Positions 10,101-20,332 of a stretch of DNA of 64,000 nucleotides are shown here, piece by piece (positions within the stretch are counted from its first letter, which is position 1; each line of letters begins with the position of its first letter). Origin of the DNA: a virus (lineage: Duplodnaviria > Caudoviricetes); the IMG/VR virus record IMGVR_UViG_3300017917_002782, positions 1,022 to 65,021 of that record. One strand, 5' to 3'. The notes under the pieces are model-generated. The model was not told where the DNA came from, did not search any database, and saw only the letters and a program-made list of their open reading frames with translations. A program made the position numbers and the translations under genes.

Positions 10101-10634
10101 ATGACAACAGAAAAAAAATCAGTAAAAATCAACAAGGTTGAACTTTTACAATTATTAGTAGGTATTGAAAAATCAACTTTCATTAACCTTGTTACTGAAA
10201 CAAAGGTACGAATGAACAAAACAAACAATCCGTACTTTGATAAGGTAATCAAAAGAAACAAGTGTACATACCTTGTTGGTAATGACTACGAAAAAAGAGT
10301 AAACAACAACGAAGTAAAAGAGGGTTTAGAAGGGGATTTTAAATCAGAAGAAATGAAAGGTAAAAAACACATTAGTAAGTGTGTTTGTGTAGATACCAAA
10401 ACAGAGAGTGTTCACTACTTAATGGTTGAAAGATTTGATGAAGTTACACCACAGAAAACAGAATACATTTTTGAGGGTAACGGAATTGATAAACAACTTT
10501 TTGAAAGTTATATGACAAAGGTTTACGAAAGTAAGAAACAAGAACAAGATAGAAAAGTTATGGTAATAACCCCTAAACTTGATAGTATCAAAGAAATGAG
10601 TTTAGAGGGTACTCATTACATAGTTGAGGAATAA
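10101..10634 (+). CDS. hypothetical phage protein
   Basis: divergent early promoter at ~10043-10074; terminator at ~10653-10684. Confidence 0.75.
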   Translation: MTTEKKSVKINKVELLQLLVGIEKSTFINLVTETKVRMNKTNNPYFDKVIKRNKCTYLVGNDYEKRVNNNEVKEGLEGDFKSEEMKGKKHISKCVCVDTKTESVHYLMVERFDEVTPQKTEYIFEGNGIDKQLFESYMTKVYESKKQEQDRKVMVITPKLDSIKEMSLEGTHYIVEE

Positions 10635-10948
10635 AAGTGTCTTAAAACGAAAGAAAAAGGGGTACATTAGTTACCCCTTTTTTTATGTACCGAAGTTGAG
10701 GTGAAGGTTGAAGGGACATACCCCCGTCCCGATTTAGTCTGGAACCCCCTCCGTATATACCCCTCCCCCCTCCCGTATCCCCCCTTATATATAGGTTTTA
10801 GGGGTCTAAAATAGGGGGGTCAATACCCTAAATCAAATTTTTCCAGAAATTTTTTGGAAAAGTCAAAAATGGGGTCCTTTTAGAAAAAAAAATTTTCCAG
10901 AATTTTTCAAAAATTTGGACATTTTATTTTTTTTTATATTTTTGTATT

Positions 10949-12247
10949 ATGAGTAATACACACACCGAAGAAAATTTAGATAATGTAATTTCAAAATATG
11001 TGGGAATGGAATATGGTCCCTTTATTATTACTAAATTTGTGGGTAGATATGCACCAACGGGTGAAGTACACGAAAGAAATTATTTCGAAAAGGAATGTAA
11101 GTTCTGTGGTAGGAAAACAACCATCAATACTTCCATAATAAAAAAACAATTAAAAGAGAACCCAGTTTGTCGATGTCGTGGTAAAATTAATATACATACC
11201 AACGAAAAGAAATGTACCTGTTGTAATAAATGGTTTCCTGCAACTTTAGAGTATTTCCATAAATTCGGTAACAGGAGTTTCAACTTATCATATTACTGTA
11301 TAAAATGTGATAACGAAAAGCATAGTGTTCGTAGAAAAAGATATCGGGAAAAACAACCTAAGTCAATAAGAACGAGAAATCATACGGGTACCAAAAAACC
11401 CATAGAAACAATCGATAATGATGTGATAAAATTAAATGAAGAGTTCTTAGGTAAAGAATTCGGATCATTTGTTGTTATAAGTTATGATGGGAGATATAAA
11501 AAGGGTAATTCAACACATGAGAGATATTACTTCAAGAAGGAATGTAAGTTCTGTGGTAAACAGACTATTCAACCCGTATCCCAACTTAGAACGTCAATAA
11601 AGAATGAAATTAAGTGTAACTACTGTAGAGAAACGGTTAATGTCCACACCAACGAAAAAAAGTGTGCTGATTGTAATCTATGGTTTCCCGCAACCTACGA
11701 ACACTTTCCCCTATCAAAAAACAGATTTTTTGGTCTTCATTATTATTGTTTGGGGTGTCACAATAAAAAAGGTAGAAAAAGAAGAGAATCCAAAGAGGTC
11801 AGAAACAAAGAATATGAACAAAAGAAAGAAAGAACTAAAACCGATCCCTTATTCAAACTATCGTGTAGAATAAGGGTTCAAATTAAAAACTACATCAAGA
11901 GAGTTGATGTTAAAAACCCTAAACCTTGTAAAACCACCGATATATTAAGTTGTTCTTTTTTTGAGTTCAAAGAGTATTTAGAAAAACAATTCGATGATAA
12001 AATGTCGTGGGAAAATTATGGTAAATGGCATTTAGAACACATCATTCCAGTATCTTATGGCGAAACTGTTAATGAAATCGTTGAATTATGTCACTATACT
12101 AATTATAGGCCACTGTGGGGTAGTGAAAATATAAGTAAAAGTAATAAACTACATATCGATGAAATATCTGAAGAAAATAGAATCAAATATAAAAAATTTA
12201 TAGATAGATATGTCAAAAACCCAAGATATGTTCGATATGATGAATAA
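10949..12247 (+). CDS. HNH-type (homing) endonuclease with duplicated Zn-finger N-terminal module
   Basis: C-terminal WENYGKWHLEHIIP...HYTNYRPLW..ENISK; two copies of KECKFCG...HTNEKKC..C..WFPAT. Confidence 0.75.
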   Translation: MSNTHTEENLDNVISKYVGMEYGPFIITKFVGRYAPTGEVHERNYFEKECKFCGRKTTINTSIIKKQLKENPVCRCRGKINIHTNEKKCTCCNKWFPATLEYFHKFGNRSFNLSYYCIKCDNEKHSVRRKRYREKQPKSIRTRNHTGTKKPIETIDNDVIKLNEEFLGKEFGSFVVISYDGRYKKGNSTHERYYFKKECKFCGKQTIQPVSQLRTSIKNEIKCNYCRETVNVHTNEKKCADCNLWFPATYEHFPLSKNRFFGLHYYCLGCHNKKGRKRRESKEVRNKEYEQKKERTKTDPLFKLSCRIRVQIKNYIKRVDVKNPKPCKTTDILSCSFFEFKEYLEKQFDDKMSWENYGKWHLEHIIPVSYGETVNEIVELCHYTNYRPLWGSENISKSNKLHIDEISEENRIKYKKFIDRYVKNPRYVRYDE

Positions 12248-12320
12248 GACTTAGTGTAAAAAAACCTCTACATAACCGAAAAAAAATTTTTCAAAAATTT
12301 CTGCATCATATTTATATAAT

Positions 12321-12437
12321 ATGAAAATATTAATCACAGAATCACAACTAAAAGAGATAATTAAAGTCAGATCCGAAAAAGAGGATAATAGTGATATTAT
12401 CAAATCGTCAAATAACAGACTGATGATGTGTGATTAA
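12321..12437 (+). CDS. short ORF with MKILITESQLK leader motif
   Basis: TATTTAT motif upstream; N-terminus matches the motif shared by many genes here. Confidence 0.45.
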   Translation: MKILITESQLKEIIKVRSEKEDNSDIIKSSNNRLMMCD

Positions 12438-12460
12438 TATTTATTCTTAAACTACTTATA

Positions 12461-13999
12461 ATGGCAAATAACAAAGCCTTTGCATATAATCCATCAAATA
12501 TAAATGTTGACGGGACAATCAATGTTGGAGATCTTGCTATCGGTTTCAAAAAACAAAGTTATGCAAATAATTTTAGTGGATTAACATGGTGGGGAGGTCC
12601 CGATGAAGATCAAGGATACGTCATTGCATACCCCCAACCATCAAATACACATCCAACCCCTTTGGGGTTGAATTGGAACCCAAATAGACTTGGTAGTGGT
12701 AACACCTTATCAAATTCAAATAGGACAATAACAAATACGGGTTATAATACATCCGTTTTGGGAACAAATTTCATAACAGGTTCAACCCTAGTCATGTATA
12801 GTATAAGTGTGGAACAAACTGTAAATGGTGTCATAGGTTTTGGTAAAGATGATATGAATTTATCGTCTTATGTTGGTTCAGATGACTTTAAAAGTATTGG
12901 GTTCTCTTTTGATGGTTACCTTTATTATGGTGGTAACGTAATAGGTTCGTCACTACCAACTTGGGGTATCAATAGAGACATTGTTGATATTTGTGCTGAT
13001 ACCATAAATGACAAAATTTGGATTAGAGTTAATAATGGTAATTGGAACAATGATGGTAATCAAAACCCATCCAATAATGTATCAGATTATAGTTTACAGG
13101 GTTTATCGGACTTTTATCCTGCAATAACATCATATAGAGAAGATAATACCTCAGAGGTATTATTTTTAACACAACCAGAATATTCGGTACCTGGCGAATT
13201 TACTTACCTGACAAGAATATTTGCATCGGTTGGTTTTTGGGGAACAAAAAATTATGTGGACCCATTTGATGACCAAACATTTTTAAATTTGGCACAAAAT
13301 GTAACCAATCAAACATTTACATCGGCGGTTAATGCCAGTAATTGGTTATGGGATAACGGGTATTGGAATTCATATTATAGCCCAATTATAGTTAAACTTG
13401 ATGCTTCAAATACTTTATCATATTCTGGTTCGGGTTCCGTTTGGTATGATCTAACCGACAATTCAAATAACGGGACAATTGTAAATGCAACATATAATTC
13501 AGTATCAGGTGGAACTTTTTATTTTGATGGTGATGATGATTATGTGTCAATTGGACAACCAATCTCTGGTGGTTCAAGTTATTCAATATGTGCATGGGTT
13601 AATGTTAGGGACGCAATTGAGTCACGTAATATTGTGTCGTCTGAAAACACCCCCTTTTGGGTTGCCAATTCAAATCTATATGCTGGTCTTGCTGGAAATT
13701 ACACTTTGGTTGAATATAGTAATTTTCCATCAGATCAATGGATGTTTGTGTCGGTGACTTTTGATGACCCATCAAATACCATGAAATTATATGTAAATGG
13801 TGTTCTTGAAGATACAAACACAAATGTCACATCATCATATAGTGCGGAAGATATGTACATTGGTTCACATTTTTATTCAGGTGTGAATGTGTCGTTTTGG
13901 TCAGGATATATTTCAAAAGTATATATCTTCTCAGCAGCACAAAGAGATGATGAAATCTTGGCGTTGTTTAATAGAACAAAATCACAATACGGGTTTTAA
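12461..13999 (+). CDS. LamG/concanavalin-like (plus SPRY-like) virion protein
   Basis: LDASN..SYSGSG..WYDL, FDGDDDYV, LYVNG, G.IS.V.IF LamG-like motifs. Confidence 0.75.
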   Translation: MANNKAFAYNPSNINVDGTINVGDLAIGFKKQSYANNFSGLTWWGGPDEDQGYVIAYPQPSNTHPTPLGLNWNPNRLGSGNTLSNSNRTITNTGYNTSVLGTNFITGSTLVMYSISVEQTVNGVIGFGKDDMNLSSYVGSDDFKSIGFSFDGYLYYGGNVIGSSLPTWGINRDIVDICADTINDKIWIRVNNGNWNNDGNQNPSNNVSDYSLQGLSDFYPAITSYREDNTSEVLFLTQPEYSVPGEFTYLTRIFASVGFWGTKNYVDPFDDQTFLNLAQNVTNQTFTSAVNASNWLWDNGYWNSYYSPIIVKLDASNTLSYSGSGSVWYDLTDNSNNGTIVNATYNSVSGGTFYFDGDDDYVSIGQPISGGSSYSICAWVNVRDAIESRNIVSSENTPFWVANSNLYAGLAGNYTLVEYSNFPSDQWMFVSVTFDDPSNTMKLYVNGVLEDTNTNVTSSYSAEDMYIGSHFYSGVNVSFWSGYISKVYIFSAAQRDDEILALFNRTKSQYGF

Positions 14000-14308
14000 T
14001 TAACCCGGTATATTTGTGTCTGATGGTGTCTCAACATCTTTGTCCTTGGTGAATCTTCTTATTCCCAATAATGTTGCACTGATTGTAAATAATGCCACCG
14101 ACTGCATTGTGATTGTCGTTAGAATAATATTTGTTTGGTCAGTGGTTACTTTTGTGAATACCGCTTCCAATGACGAAACCCCAAAAACAATTATCGCAAC
14201 AACACACCCGAAGAATCCAACAACTCTACCTGGTGATGTTCTACCCTTTGAATCGTTAAACAATTCTGTCCAACTAAATTTATGTATATCTAACTTATTC
14301 ATATTCAT
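14000..14308 (-). CDS. two-TM membrane protein (holin-like)
   Basis: two hydrophobic segments. Confidence 0.55.
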   Translation of the reverse strand: MNMNKLDIHKFSWTELFNDSKGRTSPGRVVGFFGCVVAIIVFGVSSLEAVFTKVTTDQTNIILTTITMQSVALFTISATLLGIRRFTKDKDVETPSDTNIPG

Positions 14309-14401
14309 AAATATTTGAATTTATGAAAATCGATCACCGGCCGACCCACCTTCGGTGGGTTTTTTGTTTGTGTTATATATTTATATGTAAACATTTTATA
14401 A

Positions 14402-14971
14402 ATGAAACTACTTAACATCTTCGAAAATATTGTGTCCGATAATAAAAAGACACTCCATGAACAAGACCTATCATCTTTTGAACAATATAAAACAAATAAA
14501 GAATATGGTTATGGTGAAGGTGTTTCACAAGATATGTCAGCAGCAAGAAAAATTGCCATGTCAAACGCCAAAATTGATTTTGCCAAGAAAAATAATTTGG
14601 ACCAAGCAACAATCGGTTCACACGTTAGTGGTGATGAAAAAGCGTTTAAAGAACCAAATGGTCAAATTAAATTTATTGTTGGTCTTAAGTTTAAAACACT
14701 TGGTTCATCATCACAACAAGAACCAGAAAAAAACAAAGCATTACCAATACCAACATCAAATGAAACACCATCACAGGTTTATTCAAGATTGGTTAAGGAC
14801 GGAGCATTAAAAGGTAGATTGAGTGGTCAAAGAATTGTTTATAAAGGTGCTGATTTATCAAACAACACCAAAAACAAATTGATTGAACAACTAAAATCAA
14901 TGGGTTATGAATTATCAAGAGCAAATTACGATTATAAACAAGGTGACAAATTAGTATTTATTAAAAAATGA
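14402..14971 (+). CDS. hypothetical protein sharing its C-terminal domain with 39845..41911
   Basis: NETP...KGR..G.RIVYKG.DL...GDK.VF.K present in both proteins. Confidence 0.7.
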   Translation: MKLLNIFENIVSDNKKTLHEQDLSSFEQYKTNKEYGYGEGVSQDMSAARKIAMSNAKIDFAKKNNLDQATIGSHVSGDEKAFKEPNGQIKFIVGLKFKTLGSSSQQEPEKNKALPIPTSNETPSQVYSRLVKDGALKGRLSGQRIVYKGADLSNNTKNKLIEQLKSMGYELSRANYDYKQGDKLVFIKK

Positions 14972-15240
14972 GAAAGAAAACATTACTTGAGGAAATTTCA
15001 AGAACAAGAGAAATCATGGGTTTAAATGAAGCTCTTGATATGAACATATACGATAAAATCTTGGATATGTATAATGCATATGGTTTTAGAGGTTTATCGG
15101 ATGAAGAAATAGAATATTTAAAATCTGGTGGTGAATCTGAAATCCCATCATCATTCAGACAAGAAACCCCGCAAAGAATTTCTGCCGACAAGTTTTTTAA
15201 TGAACCAAATGATGATGAAGACCAAGAAGCTATTTCTTAG
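14968..15240 (+). CDS. hypothetical protein
   Basis: LLEEISRTREIMGLNE leader motif. Confidence 0.65.
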   Translation: MRKKTLLEEISRTREIMGLNEALDMNIYDKILDMYNAYGFRGLSDEEIEYLKSGGESEIPSSFRQETPQRISADKFFNEPNDDEDQEAIS

Positions 15241-15604
15241 TCATATAGTCATTAATAATTTTTATATTGTTCGGAATTATTTCCTTTGAATTTATCAAAT
15301 CATGATAAGTAAAGAATTTATATTCGGTGTGTTCCTCATTTAAATTAATTTCGTTTTCATCAAATTCAGGATTGTTTAAATAATAAACGAATATGTTTGT
15401 TGGGTATTTACCCAAAAATTTAAAACCACCCACACTTACACCAATTTCTTCCATAACCTCTCTTTTAAGAGATTCTTCAGGTGTTTCACCTTTTTCAATT
15501 CCACCACCAACTAGTCCAAATAATCCACCGAAGTTACCGATTTCTTCGGCTCTTCTTAATAATAAAAATTTATTGTTCTTAACAATTAAAAGTAACGATA
15601 CCAT
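15230..15604 (-). CDS. NUDIX hydrolase
   Basis: GGGIEKGETPEESLKREVMEEIG Nudix box. Confidence 0.9.
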   Translation of the reverse strand: MVSLLLIVKNNKFLLLRRAEEIGNFGGLFGLVGGGIEKGETPEESLKREVMEEIGVSVGGFKFLGKYPTNIFVYYLNNPEFDENEINLNEEHTEYKFFTYHDLINSKEIIPNNIKIINDYMTKK

Positions 15605-15631
15605 AGTATTTATTAAATATACGTTTTTTAA

Positions 15632-16264
15632 ATGAAAAAACTAAATCTTTTAATACTTGAACAACTAAATAAATTAAACGAGAACCCGACATCGGGTAAA
15701 CATTTCGTTGTTGTTGATGTGCAACCTGAGTATGAAAAATATATTTCATTCATTAATGAATTAGTTAATTATATAAACACCAATTATGAGTCAATGTCCA
15801 AACTTACATTTCTTTATAATGGTCACGATACTTTGGGTATGGTGACTGAGTCTGAATATAAGTATTGGTGGTTGGAACATGGTTTGGATGAAGATATTGT
15901 TGAAAGTGCCGAATTCTACGATAAGGGTTATGCTTTCTTCAGATATTGTATTGATAATAGTATAGACGAAGATAACATCGTTGATTTGGTTAGATTTATG
16001 TACCAAAGAGATGTTAATGACACCCGGGATATGACACCAGAATTTTGGGATGAGTTTATTGAATTGCACGGAGATGAGGAAATAAGAGAATTATTGGAAT
16101 TTTCTGGTGATGCAATAAACCTACCATCACTAATTGATGAAATAAAAGACTATAGAGGTGTTGTGTTATGTGGTGGAGGAATTGACGAATGTCTAAAAGA
16201 AGTGGAGATTGCATTTAAATCTCTTGATAAACCATACAGCGTATTATCAAAATTTACTTATTAA
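15632..16264 (+). CDS. isochorismatase/cysteine-hydrolase-like protein
   Basis: VVVDVQ and CGGGIDECL motifs. Confidence 0.55.
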   Translation: MKKLNLLILEQLNKLNENPTSGKHFVVVDVQPEYEKYISFINELVNYINTNYESMSKLTFLYNGHDTLGMVTESEYKYWWLEHGLDEDIVESAEFYDKGYAFFRYCIDNSIDEDNIVDLVRFMYQRDVNDTRDMTPEFWDEFIELHGDEEIRELLEFSGDAINLPSLIDEIKDYRGVVLCGGGIDECLKEVEIAFKSLDKPYSVLSKFTY

Positions 16265-16265
16265 A

Positions 16266-17306
16266 ATGAATTTAAACGAAGAAATAAATAGAATGAGGGT
16301 AATCATGGGTCTGAATGAAAATCTTCAACAGGCCGAGAAATTATACTTCAAAACAGGTAAACTATCCGATGAGGTTAAAAATGCAATTTTAGATATAACT
16401 GGTGGTGATAACTTCACAAGATTAGTTTCAGATTTGTATTATCATTTTATCAAATTCCGTCAAAATGGTGAGGGTGTTGACAATGGTACCATAAAACTAT
16501 GTGAAATGTTTTATCAATATCTTAAAGGATATGATAAGAACCTATTCCCCGTTCCTGGAATATTGGAAGATTATGGTTTGGGTAAGGAAAGTGATAAATA
16601 CCATGTATTAACCTTGTTTGGTACATTAAAAGAAAGAGAATATCTAATTAAACAATGGAACAAATTACCAACTCTTGTAAAAAGAAATTTGGTAAAACCG
16701 ATAAAGGACGAATTGAAGATTCCTTTTAATTCACCAGATTCAAATTACTTAGAATATGAGTATAGAAAAATGGGTGAACAAATGAAAAAAACGAATGATA
16801 CCATTACAAGATTACCAAAATCGACAGGTGAAAGTATGTTAAAGAAAATATTCTCATCCGTTAAGTCTTTTGATGATATTGTAAAAACAATAGATAATGT
16901 TTCAAAGGGTTTGAGTTTTATTGGTGATGACGATGCATTAGATAAAAACGAACTTTTAGATAATTTAGAAAACTATAATGCCGATTTAATATTAGATAAA
17001 GATAATGTGATTGTTGTTAAAGCAAACGATGTTGAAGCGATTCAAAAATTGGGTTGTTTCAGTTCGTGGTGTTTTAGTCAGTTTGGCGGTGAGGGGTATT
17101 GGGATGAATATGCACCTGACGGATATGTTTATGTTATTATTGATTTTAACAAGGATGTGGAGGATGCTAGATTCTTAATGACATATCTTCCTTCTACCGG
17201 TGATTTATATTTATCAAATAACATACCATATGAAGAGGCCTACCCCGATGGTGATCAAAACGAATACATAAATAGTATAGGAATACAACGCAAATATTTA
17301 ATATGA
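16266..17306 (+). CDS. hypothetical phage protein
   Basis: start moved to MNLNEEINRMRVIMGLNE; LG..SSWC motif. Confidence 0.7.
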   Translation: MNLNEEINRMRVIMGLNENLQQAEKLYFKTGKLSDEVKNAILDITGGDNFTRLVSDLYYHFIKFRQNGEGVDNGTIKLCEMFYQYLKGYDKNLFPVPGILEDYGLGKESDKYHVLTLFGTLKEREYLIKQWNKLPTLVKRNLVKPIKDELKIPFNSPDSNYLEYEYRKMGEQMKKTNDTITRLPKSTGESMLKKIFSSVKSFDDIVKTIDNVSKGLSFIGDDDALDKNELLDNLENYNADLILDKDNVIVVKANDVEAIQKLGCFSSWCFSQFGGEGYWDEYAPDGYVYVIIDFNKDVEDARFLMTYLPSTGDLYLSNNIPYEEAYPDGDQNEYINSIGIQRKYLI

Positions 17307-17842
17307 AACTAATAGAAATAGTAAATGAAATTCTAACCGAAAGTAGTTCACGTTATTTTGACGGATCAACTATGAACGTGAGTAAAAACTTTTGGAGACT
17401 AATAATGGAAGAAGAGGGAGACCCCAAAAAAAGAATTAATGGTATTAAACAACCTGTTCTTGTTGCATATAAGGATAGTGTGGGTGTTTTAACTATAGGT
17501 TATGGTCACACAGGACCAGACATTAGACCTGGTCTTAAGATAAATTCAAAAAAAGCAATGGACTTGTTGAAAAAAGATGTGAAAACCGCATCTGATTGTG
17601 TTAGACGAATGATGGGTGAATGGAAATCAAAAAAAATAAAATCGTACATGATTACTCAAGGTCAATTCGATGCTTTGGTTTCATTAGTTTTTAATGCTGG
17701 ATGTGATGCGGTTAGAACATCTGAATTTGTACAAAAATTAAAACGTAGAAAATACGGAACCGCGGCTAAATTAATCAAATCATTTAAATCGGCTGGGTTG
17801 GCAGACAGAAGACAAAGAGAAAGTAATTTGTTTATGTCTTGA
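17303..17842 (+). CDS. GH24 phage lysozyme
   Basis: EEG...AYKDSVGVLTIGYGHT, QGQFDALVSLVFNAG, GL..RR..E. Confidence 0.9.
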   Translation: MKLIEIVNEILTESSSRYFDGSTMNVSKNFWRLIMEEEGDPKKRINGIKQPVLVAYKDSVGVLTIGYGHTGPDIRPGLKINSKKAMDLLKKDVKTASDCVRRMMGEWKSKKIKSYMITQGQFDALVSLVFNAGCDAVRTSEFVQKLKRRKYGTAAKLIKSFKSAGLADRRQRESNLFMS

Positions 17843-17853
17843 TATTTATTAGT

Positions 17854-18357
17854 ATGTTCAAATACATATCAGAAATATTAAAGAGTTTTACACCCGCACA
17901 AAGACTAATGGCGTTGTTAATACTTGTGTGTTCAATTGTTATAATAACATTGGGACCATCGTTTATTGATTCAAACACCACCAATTGTGATGAACTAAAT
18001 ATAAGGGTTAAGAGTCAAGAAACACAAATTATTGAACTTAACAAAAGAGTGAACGAGTTAAACACAAATCTGATAAATTCACAAAAAGAATGTACCGATA
18101 ATCTTATCACAAAACAAAAAGAAATCATTGAAATTGTTAATGGTATGATTAAAGAAGTTGAAAATACAAACAAAATACAAAAATTATTTGGACAAACAAG
18201 AAGACCAGCAGGTGATGGTGGAAGTGATGGAGGTAATGGTCTTGCTAAAATGGAAATGTCCCCACCACCAACAATAATAGATGATAACAACTCGGATGAT
18301 ATGTTGAAAAAACTTAAATCAATGAAATCCAAAATACAAAAAAAACTTACAAATTAA
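17854..18357 (+). CDS. membrane-anchored coiled-coil protein (spanin-like?)
   Basis: N-terminal TM plus coiled coil, next to lysozyme. Confidence 0.55.
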   Translation: MFKYISEILKSFTPAQRLMALLILVCSIVIITLGPSFIDSNTTNCDELNIRVKSQETQIIELNKRVNELNTNLINSQKECTDNLITKQKEIIEIVNGMIKEVENTNKIQKLFGQTRRPAGDGGSDGGNGLAKMEMSPPPTIIDDNNSDDMLKKLKSMKSKIQKKLTN

Positions 18358-18360
18358 GAT

Positions 18361-18720
18361 ATGAAATACGTTATAACTGAAGATCAACTAAAGAAGATTG
18401 TTTTAAACGAACAAGAAACCAAAAAATCATTTAATGAATTTGCACTAAAAAGATTGGGTGGGGCACAAAAAATCGTTGATAATGCAAAGAAAAAGGGTGG
18501 ACCGGCAATGTTGACTTATCACCACTTTGTTGTTAAATTACCACACTATAAAAAAGCATCCGAAGGAAAATTTAATTTGGAGGAAACGAAAAAAGAATTC
18601 AAAGAAAAAATGGATAAACTTTGTAAACTTAACGAGGATGTGAATATTAATCAGGTTGAATTTCAAAAATTGGTTGGTCTTATCGAAGTTCTTGGTGAGT
18701 TGATAATAAAACATAAGTAA
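18361..18720 (+). CDS. hypothetical protein
   Basis: MKYVITEDQLKKIV leader motif. Confidence 0.7.
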   Translation: MKYVITEDQLKKIVLNEQETKKSFNEFALKRLGGAQKIVDNAKKKGGPAMLTYHHFVVKLPHYKKASEGKFNLEETKKEFKEKMDKLCKLNEDVNINQVEFQKLVGLIEVLGELIIKHK

Positions 18721-18721
18721 T

Positions 18722-19153
18722 ATGAAGATAATAATAAGTGAGTCACAGTTAAAAAATATTATCATGAATGAATCTGTTTCCGATTTATTTTCAAAAAAGG
18801 AAAAAGGAATTATGTCGGAAAAGGAGTGGGAAGAAATAGATGAGGAAAATAGTTATGATAAGATTAAAAACAAAATCAAACATGTTAGGGGACTTTCGGA
18901 CGAATGTAGACAATATGCGATGGAGAACCATGGTGATTGGTTAAATTCTGTTGGTAGTGGTAAAGTTACGGGTTTAAAATTACATCCAGAAATAAAAAAG
19001 AAAATCGAGGAGAAGAAATTACCTTCAGGTTTTTCAATGGGTGTTGATAAGGGCGGGTATTTTATTCATACACACAGGGCGAGAAGTAAATCTTATGAGG
19101 ACCCTAAAAAGATAACCGTAAAAGAAATCAAGTTCATCGATTCAACAGGATAA
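18722..19153 (+). CDS. hypothetical protein
   Basis: MKIIISESQLK leader; THRARSKSY motif. Confidence 0.7.
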   Translation: MKIIISESQLKNIIMNESVSDLFSKKEKGIMSEKEWEEIDEENSYDKIKNKIKHVRGLSDECRQYAMENHGDWLNSVGSGKVTGLKLHPEIKKKIEEKKLPSGFSMGVDKGGYFIHTHRARSKSYEDPKKITVKEIKFIDSTG

Positions 19154-19264
19154 AAATACTGGAGATTACTCTCCACATTAGGACCGGGACTAGTTCACGG
19201 GTTTTTGGGGGGAAGGTTCGCTACTCTTCCCCCTTTTTTTATTTTAAAGCAATATTTATATTAT

Positions 19265-20086
19265 ATGAAAAAGATTTTATTAGAAAGCGAGTTAAATCGT
19301 ATTAAACAAGTAATGGGTGTTATTAACGAAGATTCAATAACATCAGATGAAGATATTATGAGAACCCTAAAAAGACAGGTTTTGGGTATAAAAGGAACCG
19401 AAGGAAAAGAAATCGTTGTTGATTTGGTGGACAAAAGAGGTGGTAAAGAAGTTAAGAAAAACATTATAATGAAATATGATAATGATGGTAACTTAATCAC
19501 CACAAATATAACCGACAAAGAACTAGATGTTTCCGAAGATATTAAGGACAATCTGAAAGTGTTGGTTGCTTGTACTATTTTAGCAACAGGTGCCGTTTCG
19601 TGTAAAAAAGATACCACAGGTTTTGGTTATAATTTTGCAGCAAAAACAACAACATATTACACAGACAAAGGAACACCAAATAAAGAGGTGAACATATCAA
19701 CACCATGGGGTGAAACTAAGGTTAATGTTGATAGTACTATCTTCAAAAAACCATATTGGTCTGCGGGTCAAGGTTCTAAATTTAACAGACCATTAACACC
19801 AACCGAAGCTGAGATTATGAAAGCGGGTATTTCTTTACAGAGAGAAAGAAATATGAATAACAAAAGGGGTACACCTGAAAATGAAGTTTATGATTACGAT
19901 TATAAAGACGCTGAAGTTACAGGTAGCGGTACATATTATGAAGAAAATCCGGTTGCATTTGAAACATGTAGAGAACACCCATTGTGGGATTTAGGTTTAG
20001 AATATTTTAAAATTGAGGGTGTTGATGTACAATCAATGATCAATAAAGCAGACGAAGAGGTTAGAAACCAAGAATGGATTAAGTAA
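19265..20086 (+). CDS. hypothetical protein
   Basis: start moved to MKKILLESELNRIK; internal lipobox-like AVSC. Confidence 0.7.
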   Translation: MKKILLESELNRIKQVMGVINEDSITSDEDIMRTLKRQVLGIKGTEGKEIVVDLVDKRGGKEVKKNIIMKYDNDGNLITTNITDKELDVSEDIKDNLKVLVACTILATGAVSCKKDTTGFGYNFAAKTTTYYTDKGTPNKEVNISTPWGETKVNVDSTIFKKPYWSAGQGSKFNRPLTPTEAEIMKAGISLQRERNMNNKRGTPENEVYDYDYKDAEVTGSGTYYEENPVAFETCREHPLWDLGLEYFKIEGVDVQSMINKADEEVRNQEWIK

Positions 20087-20331
20087 TGAAATTAGAAACC
20101 ATAGGTTCCGTAAAACTATTTGCATTTGAATTCGAGCCAACTTCATGGTTATTGTGTGATGGTGAATTGGTTAGTATTTCTAAATACAGAAGCTTGTTCC
20201 AAATTGTTGGAACAAAATATGGTGGTGATGGTGTTGAAAATTTTGCACTACCAAATTTAATTGGTATGGAACCAATATTTGGTATGAGATATTACATTTG
20301 TTGTGATGGTCAATTCCCGACTATCGGATAA
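20086..20331 (+). CDS. phage tail-collar domain protein
   Basis: GSVKLFAF...WLLCDG...LFQIVGTKYGGDG..NFALPNL. Confidence 0.85.
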   Translation: MKLETIGSVKLFAFEFEPTSWLLCDGELVSISKYRSLFQIVGTKYGGDGVENFALPNLIGMEPIFGMRYYICCDGQFPTIG

Positions 20332-20332
20332 A

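Larger units (their letters stand above)
723..10742. repeat. dispersed inverted-repeat element TTTAGTCTGG...CCAGACTAAA, about one pair per intergenic cassette
   Basis: pairs near 723/741, 1957/1986, 3340/3356, 4916/4957, 5796/5846, 6303/6351, 7345/7390, 8015/8061, 8655/8701, 9263/9290, 9855/9957; single copies at 869 and 10733. Confidence 0.9.

Noticed and set aside
723-10742. Integron attC array or CRISPR in the early region
   Set aside because: No RYYYAAC/GTTRRRY ends, no integrase in the window, and spacing is gene-sized and irregular.
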